From Alphaproteobacteria bacterium (GTDB taxonomy: Bacteria > Pseudomonadota > Alphaproteobacteria > UBA828): a stretch of DNA of 64,000 bases. A program made the position numbers and the translations under genes. Within the stretch, counting starts at the first letter, position 1. Each line of letters begins with the position of its first letter. Of this stretch, positions 18,898-29,145 are shown piece after piece. The stretch lies in NCBI GenBank assembly GCA_963667785.2, contig CAXXMU010000002.1, positions 320,001-384,000 on the forward strand, written 5' to 3'. The notes under the pieces were generated by a model. The model was not told the origin of the DNA, ran no database searches, and was given only the letters and a program-made list of their open reading frames with translations.

Positions 18898-21147
18898 TCA
18901 CGACGGCATCGGTGACTCTTCAGCCTGCTCCAGCTCCGGGTCCGCCTCGTTCTCGATCTCGTCCTCGATCTCGTCGTCGACAATCTCCGGAGGAGGAGTC
19001 GCGGGCAGCGCGACGATCATTTCGGTGAACGCGCCGGGTTCGGACTCCACCCTCATCTCGCCGCCGTGCTGGCGGACGATGTCGCTCGACAGCGCGAGGC
19101 CCAGTCCGGTGCCCTGATCCGGCGGCTTGGTCGTGAAGAAGGGGTTGAAGATGTCGGCGATGATGTCGGGCGGGATCCCGTTCCCGTTGTCCCTGATCCG
19201 GATTTCGACGCCCTCTTCGGAACGCTTGGTGACGAGAGTCAGCGTGGGTTCGTACGCGCTCTCGGTATCGGCTCCCTCCGCATCTCTCGCGGCCTGCCGT
19301 TTCTCGACAGTCGCATAGCAGGCGTTGCTGACCAGGTTCAGGAAGACGCGGCCCACGTCCTGGGAGACGACGTCGAGCGATCCCACCGCCGGATCGAAGT
19401 CCTCGACGATCTCGAGCTGAAAGTGCTCATCGGTCGCCCGGGCACTGTGGTAGGCGAGCCGGGCATGCTCGTCGAGCAGGGCGTTGATGTCCGTCGGCTG
19501 CCGGTCGCCCGTGCCCCGCCCCATGCTGAGCATGTGCTGTACGATCTGGTTGGCGCGCTCGCCATGCTCCCGGATCTCCTTGAGGTTCTCCGTGAGGTCG
19601 GCGGTGATCTCCTCGATCAGCGCGCGGCGCTCCTTGTCCTTCTCGCCGTCCATGTCGCCGAGCGCCGCCTGCAGCTCCTCCAGCAACTCCTCCAGCAGCT
19701 CCTCCGATCCCTCGGCAAAGTTCTTGACGAAGTTCAGCGGGTTCCGGATTTCGTGCGCCACACCTGCGGTGAGCTCGCCGAGCGCCGCAAGCTTCTCCTG
19801 CATGACGATCTGATCCTGTGCCCGCTGCAGGTTGGTGAGCGCGTCCTCGAGCTGCTCGTTCTTGCCCTTGAGCTCGTCGGCCAGCTTCTCGACCAGGTTC
19901 AGCCGCTGGACCTCGAGCGCGTGGCGGCGGAAGACCTCCAGGGCCGCCGCCATGTCCGCAACCTCGCCCCGGCCGGTGACCTGGACCTCGGCTTCGAGAT
20001 CGCCCTCGGCCATCCCGCGCATCCGGTCCGAGAGCCGCCCCAGCCTGCGCAGCAGCATGCGGCCGACGTAGAGCCAGGCGATCAGCGCCGCGCCGACGAT
20101 GCTGATCACGCTGATCGCGATCAGAAGGTTGCGCCCGGTAAGGATCGCCGTCGACGAGGCGCGCGCCGCATCCTCGGTCTTCTCGCGCGCGGCGCTGACG
20201 AGGCTTTCCGCCTCGGCGGCAAGCTCGAGGGCGAGGTTGCTGTTGGAGGTGAGCAACTCCGCCTGACGCGCGGCGAGGACGAGTTCCTGGGCCCGCAGGT
20301 CGAAGCCCTGGCCCTGGTCGAGACCCAGATCGACGAGCCGGGAGAGCGCGGGCGCGACCCTGTCGCGGAGCGGAGAGGGACCGAGAGACGAGAGGCTGCG
20401 CTCGATATTGCCGGCGGACGACTCGAAGCGCTCCCTGAGCGGCTCCAGCAGGGCGATGTCGGAAACGTCGAAGGCGCTCGCGAGAAGCTGGATCGCGATC
20501 GTGGCGTTCTCCTGCAATCCCGCAAGATGGCGGTAGCGGGTGAACTCCGCCTCCGACAGGTGATCCGCGCGCGCCGCCGGCGCCTCGCCGAGTTCCCGAT
20601 AGCCGGTCATCGCGTAGAACAACTGGTCGTCGATGGCCGGGATCAGCGCATCGGCGAGCTCTCTCTGCAGCGTTTCGACTTCGGCACGCAACGCCGTGCT
20701 GCGCTCCGCGAGCAGGAAGCCCTCGGCCACCGATTCCTCGATGGCCCCGACGTTCGCGACCAGGGCGCCGCCCTGCGTGCGAATGCGCGTGAAGCGCTCC
20801 TCACCCGTACCCTGATCCGGCAGCGCTGCTACCTGAGCCTCGAACGCTTTCCGGTCATCGGAGATATCCTCGACCGTGCGGGCGAGCTCCTCCGGCGTCG
20901 CTGCGGCGGTCAGCCGCGGTCCGGCCGCCACGAGGGCGCCGCTCTGCTGCGCCACGCCGAACGCCGTCACCATCTCGGGCACGCTTCCTTCGTTGACCCG
21001 GCTCTGGACCTTGCCGACCTGGTCGAAGGAAACCAGGCCCACCACACTCGCGATGATGGTGAGCGCGACGGCGCCGCCGATACCCAGATAGAGCTGGGTC
21101 GAGAGCCGATAGCGACTGTCGAGCAGCCGTCGGGCCAACGCGATCAT
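18898..21147 (-). CDS. Sensor histidine kinase with large helical periplasmic domain (TorS-like) and HAMP
   Basis: H-box GVAHEIRNPLN, N-box NLVSNA, G boxes DNGNG and GTGLGL. Confidence 0.9.
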   Translation of the reverse strand: MIALARRLLDSRYRLSTQLYLGIGGAVALTIIASVVGLVSFDQVGKVQSRVNEGSVPEMVTAFGVAQQSGALVAAGPRLTAAATPEELARTVEDISDDRKAFEAQVAALPDQGTGEERFTRIRTQGGALVANVGAIEESVAEGFLLAERSTALRAEVETLQRELADALIPAIDDQLFYAMTGYRELGEAPAARADHLSEAEFTRYRHLAGLQENATIAIQLLASAFDVSDIALLEPLRERFESSAGNIERSLSSLGPSPLRDRVAPALSRLVDLGLDQGQGFDLRAQELVLAARQAELLTSNSNLALELAAEAESLVSAAREKTEDAARASSTAILTGRNLLIAISVISIVGAALIAWLYVGRMLLRRLGRLSDRMRGMAEGDLEAEVQVTGRGEVADMAAALEVFRRHALEVQRLNLVEKLADELKGKNEQLEDALTNLQRAQDQIVMQEKLAALGELTAGVAHEIRNPLNFVKNFAEGSEELLEELLEELQAALGDMDGEKDKERRALIEEITADLTENLKEIREHGERANQIVQHMLSMGRGTGDRQPTDINALLDEHARLAYHSARATDEHFQLEIVEDFDPAVGSLDVVSQDVGRVFLNLVSNACYATVEKRQAARDAEGADTESAYEPTLTLVTKRSEEGVEIRIRDNGNGIPPDIIADIFNPFFTTKPPDQGTGLGLALSSDIVRQHGGEMRVESEPGAFTEMIVALPATPPPEIVDDEIEDEIENEADPELEQAEESPMPS

Positions 21148-22331
21148 GGCTGCGCGGCGAGCCGAAGCGTGTCGATGGGATTGTAGCGGCCGTCCCTGCC
21201 GATCACCGTGACGAAGACGGCGTCCGAGCCCTGATTGTCGTCCTCGCCGTAGCGAAGCGCGAAGCCTCCGAGATCGATGGCGTCGGCGCCGCGGAGATTG
21301 TCGAGCAGGCAGGACCGGTCGACCGCGCGGCCGCAGCGTTCGAGCGCCTCGATTGCCAGGCGGCCCGCCAGATAGCCTTCGAAGGAGACGAAACCCGGCA
21401 CCACTTCGGGCGAGTGGGCCGCGAGCGCCCGGCGATAGGCGACGGTGACCGCGGGCTCGTCGCCGTCGGGGAAGGGCACCACCTGGGTCACGAAGACGCC
21501 CGCTCCCGATTCACCCAGCTCTCTGGCGAGCGCATTGCTGCCCACGAAGGAGATCGTGAGGAACACCGGATCGAAGCCGGTGCCCCGCGCCCAGGCGATC
21601 GCCGTGGCGACGGGCTTGTAGGCCCCGACGAGGATCACCGCTCCAGGGTCCGCGTCGCGCACGTCGAGCAATGCCGTCTTCACCGCGGTGGTGTTGCGCG
21701 GATAGACGCCGATCGCCACGGGCTCCAGCCCCCGCCGCTCGAGCGCCAGGCGTACCCCGCGATAGCCGGCCTGTCCGAAGGAATCGTCCTGATAGATGAC
21801 GCCCACGCGGTCGATGCCGAGATCCTCGATCAGGCGGGCGACGATTTCCTCTGTCTCCTGGTAGTAGGACGCCCGCAGGTTGATCACGTTCCGCCAACCG
21901 GCGTCGCGCAGGAACGCGGCGCCGGTGAAGGGGGCGAGGTAGGGAACGCCCGCTTCCGCCGCGATGGGCGTGGCGGAGCGTGAGGTCGGCGTGCCGACGG
22001 CGCCGATCAGGGCGAAGACTCCGTCGTCTGCGATCAGCTGGCGGGTGTTGGCTATCGCGGCTTCCGGTTCGTAACCGTCGTCGAGAGACCGGAGCACGAG
22101 CGTCCGCCCGTGCACGCCGCCTTGCCGGTTCGCTTCCTCGAACGCCGCCTCGATGCCGATCCGCAGGTTCCGGCCCAGGTCCTGGGCGGGGCCGCTGAAC
22201 GCGGCGGATTGTCCGAAGAGGATCTGCTGCTCGGTGACGCCGGGCTCCTCCGCCAGCGCCGGCCCGGCCGCCGCAAGCGCGACGCAGGCGGCCAGCAGGA
22301 CGGCCGCGCCGAGGCCACCCGTGCGCCTCAC
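21144..22331 (-). CDS. Type I periplasmic solute-binding protein (paralog of 17569-18849)
   Basis: Sec signal; FGQSAAFSGPA, LDDGYEP, GAVGTPT, NLRASY; its stop overlaps the kinase start. Confidence 0.85.
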   Translation of the reverse strand: MRRTGGLGAAVLLAACVALAAAGPALAEEPGVTEQQILFGQSAAFSGPAQDLGRNLRIGIEAAFEEANRQGGVHGRTLVLRSLDDGYEPEAAIANTRQLIADDGVFALIGAVGTPTSRSATPIAAEAGVPYLAPFTGAAFLRDAGWRNVINLRASYYQETEEIVARLIEDLGIDRVGVIYQDDSFGQAGYRGVRLALERRGLEPVAIGVYPRNTTAVKTALLDVRDADPGAVILVGAYKPVATAIAWARGTGFDPVFLTISFVGSNALARELGESGAGVFVTQVVPFPDGDEPAVTVAYRRALAAHSPEVVPGFVSFEGYLAGRLAIEALERCGRAVDRSCLLDNLRGADAIDLGGFALRYGEDDNQGSDAVFVTVIGRDGRYNPIDTLRLAAQP

Positions 22332-22341
22332 CCGATCCCCC

Positions 22342-23538
22342 TCACCCCGTGGAGCGATAGAGGGTTATGCAGGTGATGTCGTCCGACTGGGGCGTGTTGC
22401 CCGCGAATGCCCTCACGGCCTCGAAGACTGCCTTGTTGACTTCCTCGGCGTTCTCCAGCGCCCCGCCGTCGAATATCTGACGCAGCCGCTCCATTTCGAA
22501 CAGGTCGTTCTTGTGGTTCTCGGCCTCGGTGACGCCGTCGGTATAGAGCACGACGGCCTCGCCCGGCGCGATCTGCAGCCTGTCTTCCGCGTAGTCGATG
22601 TCGGACAGCACTCCGAGGGCGATCCCGCCGGTTGCCGGCAGCTCGGTGGAGCTTCCGTCGGAACGAACGATCAATGGCGAATTGTGCCCCCCGTTGGCGT
22701 ATACGAATTCCCCGCTTCCCGGATCGAAGACCGCATAGAACAGCGTGACGAACATCTCCGCCTCGTTGTCCTCGTGGAGGAGATTATTCACCTCGCGCAG
22801 CACCGTGCCGGGGCCGATGGCGCCGATGGCCGCGCCCTTGAGCAGGGTCCGGCACGACATCATGAAGAGCGCGGCCGGAACGCCCTTGCCGGAAACGTCG
22901 GCGACCGCGATGCCGATACGCCCTTGTCCGAGGCTCATGATGTCGAAAAAGTCGCCGCCGACCTCGCGCGCAGGCTCCATGCTTCCGAACACCTCGAAGT
23001 CCTGTCCCCGGGGAAATACGGTGGGCAGGATCGACTGCTGCATCTTGCTGGCGACATCGAGTTCCTTCTGTATCGCCAGGAGCCTATCCCGCGATTCCGT
23101 CGCCTCTCTCCACGCGATCAGGTTGCGCAGCGTCCGCTCGATGGTCACCCGAAAATCGTCGAAATCGATGGGTTTGGTCACGAAATCGAACGCGCCTCGG
23201 TTCATCGCAGTGCGAATGTTCTTCATGTCGCCGTATGCGGACACGATCACGGAACGCACGTCCGGATGGACATCCGGAATCTTCTCCAGGAGAGTGAGAC
23301 CGTCCATCTTGGGCATGTTGATGTCCGAGACCACCAGATCGATGCCCCGATCCTCGTTGAGCCGATCAAGAGCCTCGACGCCATTGTGGGCGAAGACGAA
23401 CTCGTACTGCTGGCGACGAATCTCCCGCCGCATGCGCTGCAGCACCAGGCGCTCCAGCGCAGGTTCGTCGTCCACGACGAGGATCTTGTAGGGATTCTCG
23501 CCCGCCAGCGTCGTGTCTGCGTCTGTTTCTTGTGCCAT
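22342..23538 (-). CDS. Response regulator receiver fused to a SpoIIE/PP2C phosphatase (RsbU-like)
   Basis: ILVVDDE...SDINMPKMDG...FVTKP receiver; VGGDFFD, ADVSGKG, YTDGVTEA, QSDDIT phosphatase. Confidence 0.92.
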   Translation of the reverse strand: MAQETDADTTLAGENPYKILVVDDEPALERLVLQRMRREIRRQQYEFVFAHNGVEALDRLNEDRGIDLVVSDINMPKMDGLTLLEKIPDVHPDVRSVIVSAYGDMKNIRTAMNRGAFDFVTKPIDFDDFRVTIERTLRNLIAWREATESRDRLLAIQKELDVASKMQQSILPTVFPRGQDFEVFGSMEPAREVGGDFFDIMSLGQGRIGIAVADVSGKGVPAALFMMSCRTLLKGAAIGAIGPGTVLREVNNLLHEDNEAEMFVTLFYAVFDPGSGEFVYANGGHNSPLIVRSDGSSTELPATGGIALGVLSDIDYAEDRLQIAPGEAVVLYTDGVTEAENHKNDLFEMERLRQIFDGGALENAEEVNKAVFEAVRAFAGNTPQSDDITCITLYRSTG

Positions 23539-23763
23539 TGCTTAACTCGTCTCAGCCCTGCGTGACGACCGCCGGAATGCCTATGGCGCGATGCCCTACA
23601 AGTCCCTCCACGATGAGCTTGTATGGCAACTCTTCTGGTTCAAGTCCACTCGGCTTTTTCACCGTCAAGCCCGACCCCATTCCTTGCTCTTTGCCGGAGG
23701 AACATGACGGGGCGATCGTTCTGGCCAACGATGCCGCCGCCCTCGACCGCACGACGAAATGCC

Positions 23764-24420
23764 TCAGTAGGCGCCGTGGGCGCGCGCCGCCACAATCACG
23801 CGCTCGATCTCGGCAACGGCGCCGACCACGTCGCGGCCCACCAGATCCATCTTGCGGAGCTGACTGATCCGGGCGCCTGCGTTCTTCACCTCTCCCCCGG
23901 GGAAGACATAGGAAAGGATGTTACAGGAATCCACCAGGGAGAGCAGCGCAACATCCCGAGGATCGGGTATCTCGTCCGAGAGAATGAGCGTCTTGATGCG
24001 CTCCTTGACCTCTCGCGCCGCCTCGCCGTCGGCCGTCTCGTAACGGCGGCTGCGGCGGCCCAGGAGCGATCTCTTCTCGCGCCGCTCCAGGATGCCGCGC
24101 TCCACGAGGCGGTCCAGCACCGCGGTCTGAAGGCCGGCCGCTTCGTCGGCGGACAACGTCTTGATCCAGGTCGACGTGTCGGTTGTTTCCGGATGATCCG
24201 CGATCCTGGCCAGGATGCGATCGAGGATGGCCTCTCCGGTCGGCGTGCGGTCGCTGACAACGAGCGTCTTCGGGTCGGTGTCGATCCGATACGCGAACGC
24301 CAGGTCCATCAGCACCGCACCGACCAGGGCGCATTCCAGGATGTTGGGGTGGATGGCAAGGAGCTCGCCGCTCTTCTCGTCCAGCAGCAGGAGACAGGTC
24401 TCTTCGACGAATGTCAGCAT
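23764..24420 (-). CDS. GPP34 (GOLPH3/Vps74) family protein
   Basis: MLTFVEETCLLLLD, GAVLMDLA...RI, PTGEAILD, LVERGIL pattern. Confidence 0.75.
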   Translation of the reverse strand: MLTFVEETCLLLLDEKSGELLAIHPNILECALVGAVLMDLAFAYRIDTDPKTLVVSDRTPTGEAILDRILARIADHPETTDTSTWIKTLSADEAAGLQTAVLDRLVERGILERREKRSLLGRRSRRYETADGEAAREVKERIKTLILSDEIPDPRDVALLSLVDSCNILSYVFPGGEVKNAGARISQLRKMDLVGRDVVGAVAEIERVIVAARAHGAY

Positions 24421-24753
24421 GGCACCGTCCAGTTCGGGAGTTGATGGCGGCAACGATGTTCAGACGCCGGGAGAGGGTCGGAGGGAACGCCCTGCGACGC
24501 CATCAACGAGCAATTGGGGCATCCAGACCGAGAGCATGCATCACGCGTTCCCACATATTCAAATAGTTAATACTTGTAACGGCGATGTCGTCGGCGTCCT
24601 GCTCCAATAGTTTCCATCCATTTGCACGGCGCCCTTTCTGCTTCATGGCCGGACACGTGCCTGCCCCGATGATGTATCATGCACCGACCCAGGGTCGCAC
24701 ATTGGCTGCCCGAATACGCAGCTCGACCCGCGCATCCCGGACCACGATTGCTA

Positions 24754-25614
24754 ATGGCGGACGGCACGGACATGCACGGCAAGGTCTGCCTCGTCACGGG
24801 CGCGGCCTCGGGCATCGGCCGGGCGGCCGCGCTCGGCCTCGCGGAACGCGGTGCGACGGTGGTGACGATCTGCCGCAGCGAGGCGCGCGGCGCTCCGGTG
24901 CTGGAGGCGATCGGGCGGCGGGGCGGCAGCGGCAGGGCGGCGCTTCTCGCCGCCGATCTCTCGTCCCAGCGGCAGGTGCGGGCCGTGGCGGCGGCCTTCC
25001 GCCGGCGTTTCGACCGCCTCGACGTGCTGGTGAACAACGCCGGCGTCGCCGGCGCGAAGCCCCGCCAGGTGACCGAGGACGGGCTGGAGCGGACCTTCGC
25101 GGTGAACCATCTCGCGCCCTTCCTGCTCACCGCGCTCCTCCGTGACATGCTCGAGGCGAGCGCGCCGGCGCGCGTGGTGACCGTGAGCTCGGCCGCGCAC
25201 CGCTACGCCGCGCTCGACTTCGACGACCTGCAGGGCGTCCGTCGCTATTCGCCCTTCGGCGCCTACTGCCGCTCGAAGCTCGCGAACGTGCTCTTCACCC
25301 GCGAGCTGGCGCGCCGGCTGGAGGGCACGGGCGTCACCGCCACCTGCATGCATCCGGGAGTCGTCGCGACGGCGCTCTTTCGCGACGCCCCGCGCTGGGT
25401 GCGGGCGTTCTTCGCCAGCCCCCTGGTGCTGACGCCGGAGCGAGGCGCGGACACGGTGCTCCATCTCGCCTCCGCGCCGGAGGTTGCGGGCATGAGCGGG
25501 CACTACTTCGTGCGACGAAAATCCGTCCGCCCCTCGCGCGCCTCCCGCGATGACGACGCGGCCCGGCGCCTGTGGGCGGCGAGCGAGGCGCTGACGGCAG
25601 CGAGCGAGGCGTAG
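24754..25614 (+). CDS. SDR oxidoreductase (retinol dehydrogenase-like)
   Basis: TGAASGIG, NNAG, VNHLAPF, YCRSK, HPGVV. Confidence 0.9.
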   Translation: MADGTDMHGKVCLVTGAASGIGRAAALGLAERGATVVTICRSEARGAPVLEAIGRRGGSGRAALLAADLSSQRQVRAVAAAFRRRFDRLDVLVNNAGVAGAKPRQVTEDGLERTFAVNHLAPFLLTALLRDMLEASAPARVVTVSSAAHRYAALDFDDLQGVRRYSPFGAYCRSKLANVLFTRELARRLEGTGVTATCMHPGVVATALFRDAPRWVRAFFASPLVLTPERGADTVLHLASAPEVAGMSGHYFVRRKSVRPSRASRDDDAARRLWAASEALTAASEA

Positions 25615-25659
25615 TCGAGGCGCCGGCGTGCTACGGTCGGGCCCTGGTGCGCTGGGAAG

Positions 25660-26688
25660 GTGAACCGAGTGCCGATCGAGACGAGAGCGCAGCCGCCGCT
25701 GGCGGTCGAGTGCAGGCGCGGGCCGGCGGTGGAGAGCCGGCATCTGGTCGATGCCGCGGTGGTCGACCCTGCGGGGCGGCTCGTGCAGGGCTGGGGCGAG
25801 ACCGACGCGGTCGTCTATCCGCGCTCGGCCATCAAGTCGGTGCAGGTTCTGCCGTTGATCGAGAGCGGTGCGGCCGAGCGTTTCGCTGTGACCGACGAGG
25901 AGATCGCGCTCGCCTGCTCGTCGCACAACGGTCAGGAGGCCCATGTGGAAGTCGTGCGCGGCTGGCTCGCGCGCGCCGGGCTCGGCGAGAGCGACCTCGA
26001 ATGCGGCCCTCACCTGCCCTACCACACGCCGTCTGCCCACGCCTGCGTGCGTGCCGGCGAGGCGGGGCGCGCGGTCTACAACATGTGCTCCGGCAAGCAC
26101 GCCGCGTTCCTGGTGACGGCGCGCGCGCTGGGCGAGCCGACGCAGGGCTACATCGCGCGCGACCACCCGGTGCAGCAGCGGGTCGCAGCCGCCATCGCCG
26201 CGCTCTCCGGCCACGATCTCGAGCGGGCGCCGTGGGCGATCGACGGGTGCAGCATCCCCACCATCGGCCTGCCGCTCTCGGCGCTCGCCCGGGCCGCGGC
26301 GCGCATCGCCGATCCCGCCGGCCTCGAAGACGAACGGCGGGCCGCGATCATGCGGGTACGCCACGCGGTCGCAGGCCACCCCTTCATGGTCGCCGGCGAC
26401 GGGCGCGCGTGCACGCGCATCATCGAGACGGCAGGCGAGCGCGTGCTGGTCAAGTTCGGCGCGGAGGGCGTGTTCTTCGCCGCGCTCTACGGCAGCGGCC
26501 TCGGCCTCGCGCTGAAGGTGCGGGACGGCGCCACGCGCGCCGCCGATGCCGCGGTCGCGGCGCTGCTCGATCGTCTCGGCGTCCTCGACGACCGCGACCG
26601 GGCGGCGCTGGCCGACATGCTGGACAAGCCCCTGCACAATTGGGCGGGCCGATTGGTGGGAGCCGTCCGCCCCACGCAAGACGGGTGA
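25660..26688 (+). CDS. Rhizobial-type L-asparaginase II family protein
   Basis: RSAIK, CSSHNG, NMCSGKH, DGCSIP, KFGAEGV. Confidence 0.88.
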   Translation: MNRVPIETRAQPPLAVECRRGPAVESRHLVDAAVVDPAGRLVQGWGETDAVVYPRSAIKSVQVLPLIESGAAERFAVTDEEIALACSSHNGQEAHVEVVRGWLARAGLGESDLECGPHLPYHTPSAHACVRAGEAGRAVYNMCSGKHAAFLVTARALGEPTQGYIARDHPVQQRVAAAIAALSGHDLERAPWAIDGCSIPTIGLPLSALARAAARIADPAGLEDERRAAIMRVRHAVAGHPFMVAGDGRACTRIIETAGERVLVKFGAEGVFFAALYGSGLGLALKVRDGATRAADAAVAALLDRLGVLDDRDRAALADMLDKPLHNWAGRLVGAVRPTQDG

Positions 26689-26709
26689 TCGAGAGGAAAG
26701 GGAGAAGCG

Positions 26710-27459
26710 ATGCTCAAGCTATCGGATTTCGCAGGCCGAGTGCTGCGCGAGGACGATCTCGACGATCTCGGCCGGCCCACCGGGGAGGTGATCGCCGAGG
26801 CCATCGACGAGGGCCGCACCGAGGAGGCCAAGACCCTCGCCCGCAACCTGATCCACGAGTGGAAGGGCCTCCACGACCTCTACTGCGACTGGGTCTGGGA
26901 CCTGCTGACCAAGATCGGGCGCAAGTTCGGCGAGGGCGAGGTCTACGCGATGCTGCGCGCGACGCAGGAGACCTGGATGATGAAGCGGACCTGGAAGGGG
27001 TTCCGCAGGATGACCGTCGAACGCCAGGTCACGCTCACCGCCGAGATGATGCGCGCGCATCGCTGCGGGCCCAGGCAGGAGGGCGACATCGACGTGCTGG
27101 AGGACGAGGACCGCTACACCATCGTCATGGACCCCTGCGGCAGCGGCGGGCGCATGCGGCGCGGCGATCCCGTGGACGGCACGCCGTCCCGCCTCGGCCC
27201 GCCCTACCATTTCGGCGCGACGCAGGAGGCGCACTGGTGGAGCTGGGGCCGCAAGGACGTGCCCTACTACTGCGTCCACTGCGCGCTCAACGAGATCCTG
27301 CCGATCGAGTGGGGCGGCGCGCCGCTCTGGGTCACCGACTTCGATCCCGACCACGCCAAGCCCTGCCGCTGGCACTTCTACAAGAAGCCAGGGCTGATCC
27401 CCGAGGAATACTGGACCCGCCTCGGCAAGGAGAAGCCGGCGCAATTCGACGAGGCCTGA
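26710..27459 (+). CDS. Conserved hypothetical Cys/His-containing protein
   Basis: Good RBS (GGGAGAAG) and codon bias; DPCGSGGR, YCVHC, PCRWHFYK. Confidence 0.65.
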   Translation: MLKLSDFAGRVLREDDLDDLGRPTGEVIAEAIDEGRTEEAKTLARNLIHEWKGLHDLYCDWVWDLLTKIGRKFGEGEVYAMLRATQETWMMKRTWKGFRRMTVERQVTLTAEMMRAHRCGPRQEGDIDVLEDEDRYTIVMDPCGSGGRMRRGDPVDGTPSRLGPPYHFGATQEAHWWSWGRKDVPYYCVHCALNEILPIEWGGAPLWVTDFDPDHAKPCRWHFYKKPGLIPEEYWTRLGKEKPAQFDEA

Positions 27460-27641
27460 GGAAGACTGGCGCACCGGGTCGGCGAAAGCCAGGACTCAGC
27501 CGATCGCCAATCCCGATAACGGACACCAGTCATGCATTATTGGACATAACACGACCATCTCTTGGCATAGCTATATCGTCCAATAGCTATGTCGTCCAAA
27601 TGTAATCACACTGCCGCCCAACAGATAATTTGGAGGACACG

Positions 27642-28247
27642 ATGCAACAACGGTGGACCGTGACGGTTGTGCTGCTTTCATCACTGGTGCTGGGAGCGTG
27701 CGCGACGCTCGTCGAGGGGAGCGAACAGACTGTGACGGTGATCACCGAGCCGCCCGGCGCGGTGTGCACCCTTACCCGGGGTGGGCAGACACTGGCAGTG
27801 GCAAATCCGACACCGAATTCGGTATTTATAGAAAAAAGCAAAGATAACATAAATATCATTTGTGAGAAGGAAGGGAATTTTGACGGTTCCGCTTCGCTTT
27901 CTTCTGACTTCCAGAACATGACGTTCGGCAATATATTATTGGGTGGCGTTATCGGTCTGGCGGTCGATGCAGGTTCCGGAGCGATGCACGAATATCCCGA
28001 CAGCGTTACCATTGTTCTGCCGCCGAAATCGTTCTCCAGCACTACCAACCGCGACGAATTCTTCGACCGCCAGAGGTCGCGGATCGAGCGGGAGGCCGAA
28101 TCGGCACTGGCTCGACTGAACGAGACCTGCGACGAGAAGACCCAGGATTGCGAAGGGCTCGCGCGAGCCATCGAAGACGCCCGAGACGCCGAACTGCGGG
28201 AGCTCGAACGGCAACGCGACGCGACGCGGATCGAATCCGCCGAGTGA
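27642..28247 (+). CDS. Putative lipoprotein (PEGA-like)
   Basis: GGAGG RBS; lipobox VLGAC; TEPPGAVC, GNILLGGVIGLAVD; locally AT-richer. Confidence 0.7.
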   Translation: MQQRWTVTVVLLSSLVLGACATLVEGSEQTVTVITEPPGAVCTLTRGGQTLAVANPTPNSVFIEKSKDNINIICEKEGNFDGSASLSSDFQNMTFGNILLGGVIGLAVDAGSGAMHEYPDSVTIVLPPKSFSSTTNRDEFFDRQRSRIEREAESALARLNETCDEKTQDCEGLARAIEDARDAELRELERQRDATRIESAE

Positions 28248-28363
28248 CCCGGCGGCTGGTCTCAAACAGCCCGGATCGAGGCAAGGTCGAGCTGCTGGGC
28301 AGAAGCGGCTGAATTGGACTAAACTGCGAACATCCGGTCGTCCTGACCGAGGTGCACGCCGCC

Positions 28364-28852
28364 ATGTCCGTGTCCTTGCCCGCCGCCACGCCTGCCCAGC
28401 TCGCGCTCGACCTCGCGCGGCCCTGCGTCGCCGAGGGCCGGGCAGACGGGCTCGCTCGCGGCGTCTGCCGGCTGCTTGATTCCATGGGCATCTGCGCGCT
28501 CGTCGAGGTGCCGCTCGGCACCGGCCGCCGCGCGGACGTGCTGGGGCAGGACGGCAAGGGGCGCTTCACCATCGTGGAGATCAAGAGCGGGCTTGCGGAT
28601 TTCCGCGCGGACACCAAGTGGGAGGACTACCGCGACCATTGCGACCGGCTCTATTTCGCGGTCGGCAGCGCGTTCTCGCTCGATGCGCTGCCCGAGAGCG
28701 CCGGCGTCATGGTGGCCGACCGCTTCGGCGCCGAGATCAGGCGCGAGGCGCCGCACCGGCCCATGACCCAGGGGCTGCGGCGCAGGCAGGCGATCCGCTT
28801 CGGCCGCGTCGCCGCCCACCGCCTGCGCTTCTTTCACGAGGGACCGGGATAG
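28364..28852 (+). CDS. mmcB: MmcB-family DNA repair protein
   Basis: GRRADV, IVEIKS...DFRADTKWEDY...CDRLYFAV, ADRFGAEI. Confidence 0.85.
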   Translation: MSVSLPAATPAQLALDLARPCVAEGRADGLARGVCRLLDSMGICALVEVPLGTGRRADVLGQDGKGRFTIVEIKSGLADFRADTKWEDYRDHCDRLYFAVGSAFSLDALPESAGVMVADRFGAEIRREAPHRPMTQGLRRRQAIRFGRVAAHRLRFFHEGPG

Positions 28853-28992
28853 AGCGTATCCGTCTCTGACGGATACGCGACAGGCCGCGACTGCGGCCCG
28901 CCGCTTATGCGGCGCCCTCGCGGAGGCGCCGGCTGCAAGCCGGCTGCCGTGAGCGAAAAGGGATGGAGCGAGTCCGCCTATAGCGGACTCGC
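28850..28992 (+). repeat. Dispersed multi-hairpin repeat, copy A
   Basis: About 85 nt near-identical to the reverse complement of part of 33831-33978; bounded by terminal hairpins. Confidence 0.8.
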
Positions 28993-29059
28993 GACAAGCC
29001 GCGACTGCGAGCGACAAAGGGCTGGTGTCCCGATCGCGACGAACAAGGTCTCCCCCGCA

Positions 29060-29145
29060 CGTCATGGCCGGGCTTGTCCCGGCCATCCACGTCTCGCGGC
29101 CGCGCTAGGCCGATAGAGATGCCCGGAACAAGTCCGGGCATGACG
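29060..29145. repeat. Alphaproteobacterial REP-like palindromic element
   Basis: CGTCATGGCCGGGCTTGTCCCGGCCATC...GATGCCCGGAACAAGTCCGGGCATGACG inverted arms. Confidence 0.75.

Noticed and set aside
23552-23752. 66-aa ORF between GPP34 and the REC-PP2C gene
   Set aside because: No recognisable domain; cannot be supported as a gene
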